Shown piece after piece: positions 15,821-31,522 of a DNA stretch of 64,000 nucleotides. The stretch lies in the NCBI RefSeq assembly GCF_009914755.1, contig NC_060928.1; one strand, 5' to 3'. Position 1 is the first letter of the stretch; each line of letters starts with the position of its first letter. Below the pieces are notes generated by a model that had not been told where the DNA came from, did not search any database, and saw only the letters and a program-made list of their open reading frames with translations. Source of the stretch: the human T2T-CHM13v2.0 reference genome, Homo sapiens. A program made the position numbers and the translations under genes.

Positions 15821-16819
15821 AAAATATGTTGAAAAATGGAGACAATTACCCAAATAAATAGGAATATAATTGAGACATGGGTTGGTATTCTAATGTATTC
15901 AGACTATTATCTTAATTCTCCATTTTACTTTACCCATATAAAAATAATCTCAGTTACTCTTAGTTGGAAATTTGTTTCAACCAGAAATAGAGGAATATCT
16001 CCAAATAATTTTACAACTTTATTTTCTCTCTTAGACTCATTGTTTTTTCCACAACATCAGGTTAATGGTTTAAAAAGCTTTGCACAACTTCTGTTTGGTT
16101 AAGATTTTTTATTTTATATACATAGACACACACACATATCTATTAGTCGATCATTCAGATATACAACTAACTAGATTTAAAAATAGTAAGCCATGGTTTA
16201 TACATCACATATAAATGACCTAGATACCAGTAGTGACATTATCATCATGAATATTAGTTCCAGAAAGTATAGATCAGAGAATATTTGGGAAGAGAGATCC
16301 AAAACAATGTCTGACAAGTTTTTGAGGAATGAGGAATGATGATGAACAGTCATGAAAATAACAGAATTGAATTCCAATTTGTTTTTCAGTAGAAATGATG
16401 TTAATGTTTAGATGGCTCCTGTCAGCATTAAATACACAGTTAAGTACAGACCTTCAGAGGCAGGGAGTTGGTGATTTTTCTACCTCTTGAAATAAGTATA
16501 CCATACAAAAAGCGCTATTTTGCCTGCTTGAAATTTCAGAAAGGTAAACACTCTGAATTGGCTTAGTGCTTGGGCTATTGGCAGACCTTTCACAAGAAAA
16601 AGTTTTTAGGCAGCGTCTATGTGAATCATACCAGCTTTTCTCAAGATAAGGGATTCATATTAGAAGGCTTGACTCACTCTGACATTTTATATGACTTTCT
16701 ATTATTGAAACAACTCTAAAGGTCTTTTGAGCATTCTATTCACAGTGTTACCTAATAATAACATATATTAGCTTCTGGAGTTTAAGCAGCTTATAGGCAG
16801 AGTTCACATAATCACTTTG

Positions 16820-17050
16820 AACGCCTGGCATCTACGCAGCAAGTGTGCAATAAATATTTATTGAATAATCTTACAATGAAGAAGCAGCATGAACTGGGAA
16901 TTACTTTCCATTCCAGTTCTGAAGTTTAGACTCATTCTAAGAACTATGAATGCTTACTTCTGTGACCTTAATGTACCTAGATTTCAGTTTTCTTGAATTG
17001 AGTTTGACGAGTGTATTTCTGAAGCCCCTTCTAGCTTCTAAATGTCATGA
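16820..17050 (+). mobile_element. L2 3' end followed by MIR remnant
   Basis: GCCTGGCA...CAATAAATATTTATTGAAT (L2 tail). TGTGACCTTA...TTTCAGTTTTCT (MIR core), highly diverged. Confidence 0.5.
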
Positions 17051-20000
17051 CATGCGTTCAAGATGAGACTTGTGAGTATCTTTTCAACTAAACTCAGTTC
17101 TCCAGGTCTTTCACCACCTGTTGTAAAAGGTAAAGTTGAATGGACTTCTATCACTTGGATCTTATTTAACTTGAATTGCTAAAAATACACGTACAGCCAC
17201 TGCTGAAATTAAACAGCATCTACAAATGCAGGCATTACTCTCAGACATTTTCTAAGTAGAATACATGGCCTCTACTCCCAGGGGGTTTATAATCTAGTGT
17301 AGAAAAAAGGAAATATATACAAAATGATGCAACTGACATGAGGGAATTTAGGGTGAGTTGGACAATATTTTTAAATTTCTTTGCTGTGAGTCTAGATTTA
17401 GTTGAGACTTGAAATAAGTATACGTAGCAATGAAGAAGAAAATTATAAAAGCTTTAGAAAATAAGAAGCCCATGTAGAGAAGATTGAATAATTATTTGTT
17501 TTTAGGAGCATATTCAATATTTTCTGAATCCATGCTAAACCTTTCCTCTTCTTCTCTAAGCTTTCTCCAGATAAAATGTGGCACAGCCTCCGGGACAGTC
17601 TCCTCCAGACTCTGGTCATATTGATGGCCATAGAGAGTCAGAGCCACGATTTTTGTCTTACACCTCTTTTCTCTATGTACCCAATGTTTTCTTTTAATTG
17701 ATTCACTGCTTAGATTTAAACAAATGTTTGTTAGAAGAAATTTAAATAGAAAACCCAATTCATTATATATAGACTGTAATTATAAAGATAAGTTCAATGA
17801 AAATAAAACAATCTTAAATTCTTCCTGTGTACTGTTGACTTACTGAAGCTTCTGTACCTGAAGCCTTCTCTCTCTCTTTTTTTTTTCAACTGAACCTTAG
17901 CACATGTCAGAGAGTTTATTAAAAATGGTAGTATTTCCAAGTGGAGACATCTTCCTTGAAGAATTCAGAAGAACTGAGAAGAGTTGAATGAGAATGGAAA
18001 GGGAATCACTCTATGGGGATAGTTCTATAAACCAGGTGGCTTTGTTTATGCATACTCCTTCTGAAAACACCATACTTCTCTACGGGGAGGCTGGAGGAAG
18101 CACTGTTAGTATTGTTTCCATGGTTTTGTTAGATGTCAAACTCAGAGACATTTTTTGAGTTAAGTGACTCACAGACTGAAGAAAAGTATGAGGACTTCAA
18201 GCCATCAAATTTTCTAAGTTATTGAGTATAATTGCAGTGGATTCCCTACCTGAAGCTGAGTCAACCAGGAAAATTGTACTGTCTAAATTCTTTTTCCTTT
18301 TCTCTTGTCACCCATGGTGAATTTTTCCAATGATATAATCAATTGATTTTTACCTTATGACAGTGGGAGAGGACAGGTAATAAATGTAGGAAAACCAGGA
18401 ACCAAATATGATTTAACATACTTGGAGTTCACAGATAGCAGTGATAGAAAGTTGAACTTTAAAAGCAAAACTTAAAGAAATCCCTTTATTTTGTTAAAGA
18501 AAGAAAATATATACACTGGAGGATCATAAGTAAAATATTCCAAGTACAGTTACCAGCCCCAATGAGTGAGATCCATGCTTAGAGACAGTCGTGATTCTTA
18601 TTTAACATTAATAACCACAAATTGTGCACCAGATGCTATGAACTCAAGTCCAAGGTAGATGATATAATCAATATCATCATCACTACAGAATATATTAAAA
18701 TATTATTTTACTTTAGAAGTTGCCTTTCAAGTTAACTAGTATTTGAGCACTTTGTATACCAAAAAAATAAGGTAAAACAATAGTGAAGAATCCAAGATTA
18801 TGGGACAAAACCCATCTTCAAGGAACTTATGATGTACGACAGTAATATCCTTTAGTGAAAAAGCATAGCCTCGTAAGAGATGCTTGCAGGGATTTAATAG
18901 AAGAAAGGAGCACACTGGAAAAGGAGGTGGCCTCATGAAGGAGCATTTTCTATGGAGCGTGAAGAAAGGGCAGGCTCTTGACAGGGAATTATATAGGGTG
19001 TAGGACACTTGGCTGGACATCTACGACAGCGAGACAGGTGGAAACAGCAGTGAGAAAGCGTGTTGGGTAGTTAGTGCAAAGCCCAGCTTTGTTGGAATAG
19101 AGGAGAACAGGAAGACCTGAGGCTGGGAAGAGACGCCAGGATGAAGAAAGATAAGCAAACAAAGATTTGTGACTAGCACAGAAGAACTCGCCATTTGCAG
19201 AATTAAGTGTCACTCTAATGTCAAGGACAGGCGCAAACGATGGCTCTAACATTAGGCAAGATGCATAGTCTTTTAAGCATCATCACTGGCAGAGCTCCTA
19301 GATAGATACTCGTAATGATAATAGGTACCATTTGTTGAATGCATATCAAGTGCTGGGCATAGCACTGGGTGGCTTAGATACACTATACTTCTGTGACAGA
19401 GGCATCATCTTTATTTTCCCAGACCACAAAAAAAAAAGTAGAGCCTCTTAAGGAGCTGGAAGTCAAGGATAAATAATTTGTATCACTCTGGTACAAGTAG
19501 TCATTTTAGTTTATTACCTAGGTATCATCAAGGAAGAATGGGCTCATAAATGTTTTGCAGTTAACATGCAAAGTCCTAGAACATCTCCCACGTGAGATTC
19601 CTAAACAGTTCTTCCAATCTATAATATCTGGTAATGAAATGCAAATGACAATAAAAGGGCCCAGTTCCATTCGCAAGCCATAGTTCATAACAAATCACAA
19701 GGGTTTTCTATGGCAAGCAGCTTCTTGAGAATTGCAGTCACACTTGACATGGTCATCAGCCATTTTTCAAGATGCCACGTCTCGAGCGGGGCTATTAATC
19801 CCATTTCTTGCGTATTTCAATCTCATTTTACAATGTGAAATTGCTAGGAGACACACATTTATCAATATGTTCCATAATGTTGTTTGGCATGACTTCTTTC
19901 AGTACATCGTATTTTTTGTTACATGATCAATATGAGAGTCTTCTCTCCAGAAAAGGCAACTAATCTTGCTACCTAGTTTGAAGTGGATGGCTTAAACTAT

Positions 20001-20260
20001 TTACAAAAATCCCCCTGGTTATTTTTCTTTCCCGAGTCTCTGTCCTTATCCTTAGGCCCCTTTATAAATAAGCTTGTTTCTTTGCAGTCTGTGGCTCCAA
20101 AACATGAATGATTATTGGAATATCAGATTTAGTTGGCAGCTGTTTATATTAATGTAACAAGGTGACATTGGTTTGGTCTAGAACTAGAAGTTATTGTTAG
20201 GAGAGACTGAAAAACTGTTCATTAAAAATTATAAGAAATGCTTTTGGTTTCTAAGAGAAG

Positions 20261-20312
20261 TCTGTTAATCAGGGTTCTCCAGAGAAACGGAACCAATAGA
20301 GAGAGAGAGAGA

Positions 20313-20390
<78 letters not shown>
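20261..20390 (-). repeat. MLT2 LTR terminal fragment running into a compound (GA)n(GT)n microsatellite
   Basis: TCAGGGTTCTCCAGAGAAACGGAACCAATAG matches the MLT2 end, followed by about 50 bp of GA repeat and about 22 GT units. Confidence 0.8.
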
Positions 20391-20392
<2 letters not shown>

Positions 20393-20913
20393 CTTTGAGG
20401 GATATATTCCTCTTGTCCTGAAAAATCATTCCATAGTTATATGTAGAGGAGATTCTGGTCTAGAATGGAGAAGTCTGAAGTTATGGCCCCAGAGGACTAC
20501 ACCGTCCTGCTCTACTATTGTTAAAGGCTGTCCCTGCAGGTTTTGTTTCCTTTGGAGAACTGCTTGTTTTCAAAATCTAAATTTATACTGCCATGAGTAT
20601 TTTAATTATTGCTTGTCCTTGGAAGGTTTATATGTGGGTTGTCTGTCTAGGAAGTGTTTTGAGCCTTTGCTCATTGGAATTTGGGAGCCAAGGAAGGGAC
20701 ATACACCATGGAGTGGCTTGGAGGTAGTTGAGGAGCTATGCAGACAGGGGAAGGAGAGTGGTGGTGCTGGGACTGTGCAGTCATTTTAAGTTATTCTGTG
20801 TGTTATGTTCCCCCATTATTATGGAAACTGTAGCAGATCCCCTTAGAAATAACAGCCCCATCTCTGATAGTCCATGGGAAAGCCATTCCCTCGACAAAAT
20901 CACAGTGAGTACA

Positions 20914-21272
20914 TGTTATGGACTGAATGCCTATGTACCCCCAAAATTCATATGTTGAAATCCTAACCCTAAAATTAATGGTATTAGGAGATGGGGTCTT
21001 AGTAGGTTTAGGTCATGAGAGTGCAGACCTCATGAATGGAATTCGTGCCCGTATAAGAAGAGACATGAGAACTTGCTTCCTCTGTTCTCTTTCCCATGAG
21101 AACACAGTGAGAAGACAGCCAGTCACCTGTAAACCAGGAAGCAGGCTCTTATCAGACGTGGGATCTGCCAGCACCTTGATCTTGGACTTCCCAGCCTCAA
21201 GGACTGTGAAAAATAAATGTTGTTTAACCTCCCAAGTCTATGGTAATTTGTTATAGCAGCTGGAACTAAGAT
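20914..21272 (+). mobile_element. MLT1A-type MaLR solo LTR
   Basis: TGTTATGGACTGAATG...CCCCAAAATTCATATGTTGAAATCCTAACC...GCACCTTGATCTTGGACTTCCCAGCCTC...AATAAATG...TTATAGCAGC. Confidence 0.85.
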
Positions 21273-21389
21273 GGTGTTGCCATGGTGATTACAAGTGGGG
21301 CAAATGAATTCATGCATTTAACAAATGTTTACTGAGCCTCTACTCTGTGCTAGATGCAGCAGAGAGGCAGCTTGGAATAAAATAGAGCA

Positions 21390-23352
21390 GGAAGTGCTAG
21401 CCAGAGCAGTTTGGCAAGAGAAAGAAATAAGAGGCCTCCAAATAAGAAGAGAAGAAATCAAACTATCTCCCTTTATTCATGACATGATTGTCTTCTTAGA
21501 AAACCCTACAGGCTCTGCCAAATGCTACTAGAACTGATAAATGATTTTAGCAAGGTTTTGGGATACAAAATCAATATATAAAAATCAGTAGCATTTCTAT
21601 ACACCGATAACAGCCAGGCTGAGCGTCAAATCAAGAATCCAATCCTATTTACAATAGCCACAAGGAAAATGAAATATCTAGGAATATAGCTAACCAAGGA
21701 GGTGAAACATCTCTGCAGGGAGAACTACAAAACACTGCTGAAAGAAATCAGAGATGATGCAAATAAATGGAAAAACATTTCATGCTCATGAACTGGAAGA
21801 ATCAATGTTGTTAAATGAGCGTACTACTCAAAGCAATTTACAGATTCAACACTATTCCTATCAAATGATCAATGTTGTTCTCCACAGAATTAGAAAAAAC
21901 CATTCTAAAATTCATATGCAGCCAAAAGAGTTGAATAGTCAGAGAAATCCTAAGTAAAAAGAACAAAGCCAGAGACATTATACTACCTGACTTAAAACTA
22001 TACTATAAGGCTACAGTAACCAAAACAGCATGATACTGGTACAAAAACAGACACATAGACTAAGGGAACAGGATAAAAAACTCAGAAATAAAGCCACACA
22101 CCTACAGCCATCTGATCTTCAACAAGGCCAACAAAAATAAGCAATGGGGAAAGGGCTTTATATTCAATAAATGGTGATGAGACAACTGGCTAGCCATATG
22201 CAAAAGAATGAAACTAGTCCCTTGCCTTTTACCAATACAAAAAGATGGAGTGAAGATTTAAATGTAAGACCTCACACTATAAAAATCCTAGGAGAAAACC
22301 TGGGAAATACCTTTCTTGACATTGGCCTTGGCAAGGTATTTTTGGCTTAGTCCCCAAAAGCAATTGCAACAAAAACAAAAATTGACAAGTGGGAGCTAAT
22401 TAAACGAAAGAGCTTCTGCACAGCCAAAGAAACTATCAACAGAGTAAACAGACATCCTACAAACTATGCAGCTAACAAAGGTCTAGTATCTGGAATCTAT
22501 AAGGAACTTCAACAAATCAACAAGCAAAAAACAACCCAATTAAGCAAAGGAAATGAAAAGGCATTTCTCAAAAGAAGACATACAAGTGGCCAAGAAACAT
22601 ATAAAAAAATCCTCACTATCACTGATGATCAGAGAAATGCAAATTAAAACCACAATGAGATACCATCTCGTATCAGTCAGAATGGCTATTATTAAAAGGT
22701 CAAAAAATAACAGATGCTGGCGAGGCTACAGAGAAAAGGGAATGCTTATGTACTGTTGGCGGGAATGTAAATTAGTTCAACTACTGTCAAAGAAATCCAT
22801 TTGGAGATTTCTCAAAGAACTTAAAACAGAACTACCATACGACCCAGCCATCCCATTACTGGGTATATCCCCATTGGAAAATAGATAAATATACCAAAGA
22901 GACACATACACTTGTATATTTATTGCCACACTATTTGCAATAGCAAAGACATAAAATCAACCTAGGTTCTCATCCCTGGTGAACAGGATAAAGAAAATAT
23001 GGTACATATCCACCGTAGAAAACTACGCAGCCATAAAAAAAGAATGAAGTCATGTCCTTTGTAGCAACACGGTGCAGCTGCAGGCCACAACCCTAAGTAA
23101 ATTAACATAGGAACAGACAACCAAATACCACATGTTCTCACTTATAAGTGGGAGCTAAACACTGAGCACACATGGACATAAACATAAGAAAAATAGACAC
23201 CAGAGACTATTAGAGGGGAGAGGGAAGGAGCAAGTCATGGCTTGAAAAACCACCTATTGGGCACTATGCTCACTACCTGGGTGCAATATACCCATGTAAC
23301 AAACCTGCATGTGTACCCCCTATAACTAGAATAAAAGTTGAAATTAAAAAAT
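21390..23352 (+). mobile_element. 5'-truncated L1 (L1PA15-17/L1PB-like), inserted in an L2 remnant
   Basis: ORF2 remnants ([15 protein letters not shown]; 22553-22888 [16 protein letters not shown]...), 3'UTR ending AATAAAAGTTGAAATT. L2 tail sequence at about 21305-21360. Confidence 0.88.
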
Positions 23353-25664
23353 TAGAACAAAACAAAACAAGTACTTATCTTCATGAAGTTCTAATGAGGA
23401 GATATCAATGACAAATAAAGAAAAAATATGTAAAATAAATAACAAGTGCTGAAAAAGAAAAACAGAGTACAGGGGCTAGAGTTCTAGAGAGGTTCTATTA
23501 TAGATGGAGTGATTTGGGTTGACTGGGATTAATCATCCCAGGATTACATTCCAAGTTCAGAGCTGTTTCTCTTATGCTACCATTCATCTCATTTGTAGTT
23601 GGGGAATTTAGTCAGATGGACAAATAATTGCATATCTTTTTTTAGGGAGAGCTCAACAATGTGACGCTGTTTATGTTGATGCTGTTGAAATAGTGTGTCA
23701 GCAAATCCCTGTCTTTTTCCCTGTTCAGTGTCCTTAACGGGGGAGGGGATGTTGAAACCTGATCCCTTCCAAGAGTCTAAGGTATAGCCATATAAGCCGG
23801 AGTCATATGAATTGGTAGTTGAATCTAATGCTTGTAGCAATATTCCTGTCATGAACAGAATACACTAAATTTGTCATTTATAGTTTTAACAATTCTTGAG
23901 TTATACTATTATATATGTAATAGGTCCTAGTTTGGTTTTATTTTACTTAAACTTACCTATGTACACACTTTTAAGAAGTAAATAATTCTATAAGGCTTGT
24001 TACAAAAAGCATCAGCTCCTGACTGCCCTACCTGCTTTCCTTTTGCTGGGAACAACCCCCTTTTAACTCTTAGCTAATTTTTTTTCTAGTTATTTATTAC
24101 CATGCCTCTAATTAACAGGTTTATTTTGCTACTTCTTAATTTTTAACAGTTTTTTCAGTACTTCTTGACTTTTTTGGTTTTATGTGTTAACTACTGACTT
24201 CCCAAAATGAGAGCTGAGAATTTGACTCTCTTTGTAACCGCTTTCCCCTCCATCCCTCTTAATTCCTCATCCCAACATAAAGTAAGAGTAAGTGATTTTG
24301 GTTGGCCCACCCTTGGCCCACCCTGGGTATTTGAATATACTGTATTAGGACGGCGTAAACATTGTTAACACCTGAGCCAGGTCATATGTATGATTTTCTC
24401 ATCCTTTTCTACACTCTTTAAAAAACCCACTTGAACTAGTAACTGTTTGCTTCTGTTCTTGGTTTAGATTTGTATGTTCTTATCGCTAATCTACTCTCAA
24501 ATTCTCCTACCGTTCCATTTGATAGCATCTTGCTTTTTTTGCAGGGTGCAATATCTTTCCTGCCCAGGTAAGCAGAGGACTGCAGGATGCTGCGACTAGG
24601 TTCCTTCTTTGAAGATCCCCAATTTCATTAGTCTTAGATTTTATTCTCCTTTCTAAGATTCCCCAGAAGACTCTCCTCCAATTCTGGCCTGGAGTATATA
24701 AACTGCCCATATCAGATGTGTTATTTTATTTAAAAATAATTTTTGAGTTCTTTTATTATTGCAAAAGTTCTGTTGGTAAAATAAAACTTTAGAAATGCAA
24801 AAAAAAGAAAACAGATATACATTTTTAATTCCACTATGAAAACAGAACAACAATTTAATTGCTTAATTTCTTCTGTTTAACAAAGAAAGTTGGAGTTGGC
24901 AATACAGTAGGCACTGAACACTTCTGATACAGCATTAATGCAAAAATCAATGTCACATCAAATACATAAAGTGGTCAATATTTTTGTGTTAAAAGTAAAA
25001 AGCACATCTTAAACATTAACTTTGAAATAGATTGATGTGCAAATCTAAATTTGTTTTGCAAAGCCACTGTTTCAATGGAAAGCAATGCGTAGGAAGAGAA
25101 ATCATGTGACAATGTATTCCACCCTAGTAATATGAAATGGATCAAGGAAGCAGAAGGTATATCTATTTAAGTTTGATTGATGGTTCAAGAGGATTTTGTA
25201 AGTGCTATTGTGGATGTAAAAGTTTTTCTAAGAAGTTGGGGAGATTATTTCAGGTAACCCTGACAGTTGTTCCCATCCTTCAAAGTCTAGAGTACTGCAA
25301 TACCTTGCCGGTAGAGAAGACACTTTGCAGACGGCATTGGAGAAAAACTGTGCCCTTTACTCTCCCAGCGACTGAACAGATCTCAGTATTGCTATTAGAA
25401 AGAAATTAGTCATGAGCTATTGGCAAGTAATTGAGTAAGATGTCTGAGTATTTTTTTAAAAGTTTAGGTGGGTTGAAAACTCTCTGCAATAATCTTCCAG
25501 AGCACAATGCAGGGAAGGGACTGGCTGATATAAAGCTGCCTGTTATTAAATTATCCTGGGATGGGAAGCAAGCAATTATGGGGTTACCTGGGATGGTAGG
25601 GAGCAGAAAAGCAACAAATGCTGAGAAATTAGATGAAACAACAATTTAAAAAAAATGAATCTAA

Positions 25665-26060
<396 letters not shown>

Positions 26061-27503
26061 CTAATTGTCTCTGATTCTTTTAAATTGTTGGTAGGTGAAT
26101 GTATCTATGCAAATGTGCATCGTATATAACTTTCAGTAAGCTGTTCATTGGATAACGGTGATTCAGCCTGAGTTATCTCAATTTGTTTTCTCTAATGTTA
26201 CAACATTTCAGGTGGTACGGTTCATCTGGACCAGCCTCTGATGTGGGGAAGACCAAGCGAGAGCACACTGCGGAGAGTGAGTCCTGGTCGGTTTGGGTAT
26301 GGCTCTCAGCAGACTGACCCACGAGGGCCAGCAGCTGCTGGATTTAATTCGCTGATTTTGTATGAACTGTAGATTTCCCTGGGAAATCTGCTATGCACAC
26401 ACAAGTGAGAAGGCAACCATGAGAAGGAGGCCAGGGCTGAGGCTCTGCAAGTGCACACGGCTCGTTGCAGAAAAGCACGCGCCTCCCAGCAGGACTGTTA
26501 GCCCAGAGAGGAAGCCTGCTGGGGTTTGAGCTCATTTGTGTTGTCAGTATCTCTTATCACAGCATCAGATTCAGTGTTTTCTTAAGGAACAAAACACAGG
26601 AAACGGCTTGCTGTCATTTTCTATTTCTCTAGTGAATCTCCTGTAACTGAAAGTCACAAACTTCTTTCTTTAAGACCTATGGCTTACCTTTCCAATAAGA
26701 AGTGAAAGGTCTAGGCTGTCAATATTTGAAATTGAGGGGCAAAAGGCAGCCTCTTTTCTATCATGAAGGAAAACATACAATGTGGAAAAGAGTTCGCTTT
26801 GGAGTGGATTTATCGTCATCTAAATTGAATGCATTGGTGAAGATTACGGAATTGATGTTTCCAAAATTCGTTGACATGTGCAGATGAAAATACAAAGGAT
26901 TATTTTTAATATTATTATGTTATATTAAATAAACTTGCTGAGATTTTTTAAGTTTCAATGCCTTCGGCCTCCAGTAGAACAGTTGTGATTAAAACAACAC
27001 ATATGCTTCCCATTTGGCTGGTTATGGGAATATTTTGAAACAAGGAATATTTTAAAGTTAATTATACATGCATTTAATGCCCAGTTAAATTTTGAAAGTA
27101 TTTAACAATTTGCAGTGGGAGGTAAAGTAAATGTCTAATTCTGCCGCTTTCTCTGTGGTTCAGTGAAGCATCTTCTTGGTCATTGCCCTAACTGAATCTG
27201 AGCTAGGATGTTCCATCACATTGACCTTGTTATAATTTTGAAACAGGAATTCCAGTAGGATAGAATTGTTCCATTCTGTTGCCCCTCTAACCACTCCAAG
27301 GTTTCTTGATGTATCTAGCTCATGACAGAAAAGACAAAAAAACAAAAATTACTCTGAAGACGAAAAGTCAGCTTGGGAAAGTTATGTATGTTTCCTTTTT
27401 AAAAGCCTTTTAACCTTTGGACTTGAGAAATGCTTTTTCTTGTCTTTTAAAATGTGTTAAGTAGTCACATCTTGAAAAGGACCAGATAAAATCATGTTTT
27501 TCA

Positions 27504-27797
<294 letters not shown>

Positions 27798-30449
27798 TCA
27801 TGTGCCTAAGATTAAATTTAGGGCTCATCTAAACCCCAAGGGACTTTTTATGTATTTCACTTGGATTTTGGACAATAGAAATGAATAAGTTGGAATAGAT
27901 CGGATGTTACATGGTGGACTCTACCTATAGAATGCCACCAACCATCTCCTTTATGTGTTGTGAATGACCCAAGCCAGATCATGCAAGTCTCCATAGGCAT
28001 GCCTCTTCTTGTCAGATACTTCTAATTGAGTGTGATGATTTTCCTGCTGAGCCTTGGTGTAGCTTTACAACCCTACTCAACACAGCTCTGTGGGCAGCAA
28101 AGCCAGTGGGCAGGAATTATTAAGTGAGCTGAAACTGCTTCTCTAACCTAGGCTAGACCAAACAATAGGAAGTCAAGGTGATATCTAGGAGTTGTACATA
28201 TTTTCAAATATAAAAATATTTCATTCATTTGGAGGAAGGTAGGATGAACAAGGTAGACAGTACTAATATGTCAGCTGGTAAGTAATTATTCAGTGCCATT
28301 TTTGCTGGGAATTTACCTGGATACAGATGGGCCTCCTGGAAGAATGTGGCATTTCACCTCCTCTGTACAGGGACTTATGACTTCACTGCAAGAAAATAGT
28401 TAATATATAACATAATCAGTAAGCGTTAAAACACTCCATAATATGACAAACTTTATAAATATTATTCCAACCCTCTCACTCGAAATGAAAGAAGATTTCA
28501 TAGACAAGAAAGGCTTCTTGGAGACGATAGTATGGTTCATGTCACAAATGTTAAATGGATGCAGAAGCATTTGGAATGTAGCGTGCGGGATGCTATGAGT
28601 TGGTGTGTCTAAAAATGTTCAACAAAATCAATTGTAGACTTTACCTCACAAGAAAGTCTTGACTTTTGCAATGGAGAAAAGTGGTGTTTTATAGAAATAC
28701 TTTAAAAACAATTTTTTTAAAAATTACAGGTATTTCAGAAAATGAGAGATAACTACAGCCAAATAATTCACATTAAATTGTTGATTGAATTGACAAAGTA
28801 ATTTAATGTGTTTCTATTAGATGCAAGGCAGTGTGCTGGATCATTGAAGTATATAAAAATGTACCTGCTTGTAAAAGCAGATAATCTAGAGATGAATGTG
28901 GTAGCTAATGAAATTACAAATTAGTTTATGATATGTGCAAATGTGGGAAATAAAATCACAAAAACAATAAGTAATTCTAATCAAGATACCTGTCAAGTTC
29001 AAAAAAGCTTCTAAGAACTATGGTACCTTGGAATCTGATTTAATTCTGAAAATCCACCACATTAATTATGTCTTTCAAATTTAAAAACTAAGTTTCTAAA
29101 TGCATCAATGGCCCTTAGAATAAAAACTCAGAACATTTAGAAACCCCTGGTAATGACAGGATCATGTCTAAGTTTAAAATAATACGGTTTATTCTCACTA
29201 GCCTGCAGAATTGTTTATAATCTCAAGTCGTACTTCAGAACATAGACAAAAGGCCATCCCTTTTTGGGGTTTAGATAGAAATAGCTGATTTCACCTGAAC
29301 TCAGCAACCTTGTAAATAGCCGTTTCTATGAAATATATCTGCTCACTTGGATAAGAGCCAAGTTTCACAAATTACTAATGCTGGATCTAAGTTGACTAGT
29401 GAAACTTATTCCCAAAACAGGCAATGTGATAATTCAATATTTTGCTGTTGAGGTGTTTCGAGAGCCAGCACACAGTGTGCATTTCCCGGTTGCTCCCAGC
29501 TTATTTTGCCACAGACCTACAGAGACCAGACTTCAAGATGTTCCTGTGGACAGGAATTTACACAAAAAACCAGGTGAAATTTACTTTTTTGGTGGAAAAA
29601 TATATATATATGACTGGCTTAAAGTCGTTAAGTGAGGTGATCTTAATGATAGGACCAAATCCATTAGAAAACTACTTTGCAAATGAAGTTTAAAAAATTT
29701 TATTTTCAACTAGTTTTTAAAAGACTTCAATTCAGTAAGGAGCACATTAGAAAGATCTCAGTTTATCTCAAGTATAGGCTATATCTAAAGAAACTTGATT
29801 ATTTATTAAGTTTTCTTTCTTATTAAGATGTCTTGGCTATACAGCAAGAAGCATAAGTAACTCTCCATTGCATATTGGATCCCACGTTTTGTGGATATGA
29901 AAGAGTTAGTTTTAGAAGAAATGTCATAACCAAAAATAGAACCAAATACATAGCTATGACTGAAGTAAAGTTCTTGCTGTATGGTAATGCTTCTTGCATT
30001 TGGTCAATCTGAAGATGCGTGACATCAAGCCTGACACAGTCAGTTTAGCATAGTCTCCTTAAGGTTTGACTATGGAATGTATGAATTCGTAAATCTGCTT
30101 TCTCTTTATTGAATATATTCAAACGTATCACAGCTATTGATGGATTCCATGCTTTGTTTACAAGAGGAGCACATGGAAGTACACAACCCAGGAGCCATAT
30201 TTTCCTCTTACTGCCAAAATCACTCTTCAGATATGATTTAGGTGCTTGGATATTTGCATCTAGTTCACTTTACTTACTTTTTACTGCTTTGCTGGGGCAA
30301 TGCTTTCCAACAATAAGAAAGAATGAATGAATTCTAGAAAAGGATGAGCACATGACCAGATCCAAGCTTGGAAAATTTGAGTTCATGATCCATTCATTGT
30401 TGGAATGTTCAGGGTCAGGAGGTGAAACTTCAAGTCCTAAATTCTAGGT

Positions 30450-30850
30450 CTATGGCTAGGCAGGACATCTTCCTTTTGCCTTCCAGATACCCACTCCACC
30501 CTTCTCCACTCTGCTGTGTGCTCTGGAGGTTGACCTATAGGCTCCACATCAATGCACCTCCCTTGCTTTCAGACTTTGAGTTAGGTCCAACCAACAGGGA
30601 GCACCACCTGGAGACTGAAGGAGGCAGTAAGCAGGCGGTACCTGCCTGCATCTCTCTCCCTTTCCCTGATGTTCTGGCAACTGCTTCCTCCTGTTACTCC
30701 CACAGGCCGAGGAGTACTAATTGCACCTCACTGTCCCCATATCCAAAATGCTGCTCTGACCCCTCCGCACTTTCCTATAATCCCTCACCTTATAAATAGT
30801 CCCTGTATCACGCTTTTGGCAAATTTATCGGCTGCCCACTGACTATCTGA
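30450..30850 (+). mobile_element. LTR33-like (ERVL) solo LTR
   Basis: TTTGCCTTCCAGATACCCACTCCACCCTTCTCCACTCTGCTGTGTG...GGAGGTTGACCT...CATCAA...CCCTTGC resembles recalled LTR33. Strand and limits approximate. Confidence 0.6.
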
Positions 30851-31076
30851 TGCAATCTGCAATCACGGAACTCATACTATTTGGCTAAAGAGTTGATGAC
30901 ATTTGTTGTGTTGTCATGGAGTTTGAGGTGCTGGTGCACTACTTTGCCAGATAATCAGACAACGTATCCCCATTGTGGGATAGGGGAAGCAAAACAAATG
31001 TTTAACTGTTCAAGGGTATTAATTCAGTCATGGTTTTAAAGACAGAATTAAAAATTTCAATAAAAAACATAGTCAT

Positions 31077-31522
<446 letters not shown>

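Noticed and set aside
17492-17758. Possible coding exon or ORF in unique DNA
   Set aside because: A plus-strand acceptor exists at 17570, but there is no good donor and no recognisable protein in any frame.
18160-18265. Two AP-1 motifs (TGACTCA, TGAGTCA) within 100 bp
   Set aside because: Seven-mers occur several times in 64 kb by chance, and there is no other support.
20238-20789. 183-aa ORF
   Set aside because: Kept open by the (GA)n(GT)n microsatellite (RERE/VCVC) and has no recognisable domain.
29515-29573. Possible 59-nt plus-strand exon
   Set aside because: The donor CAG|GTGAAA is weak and the translations match nothing I recognise.
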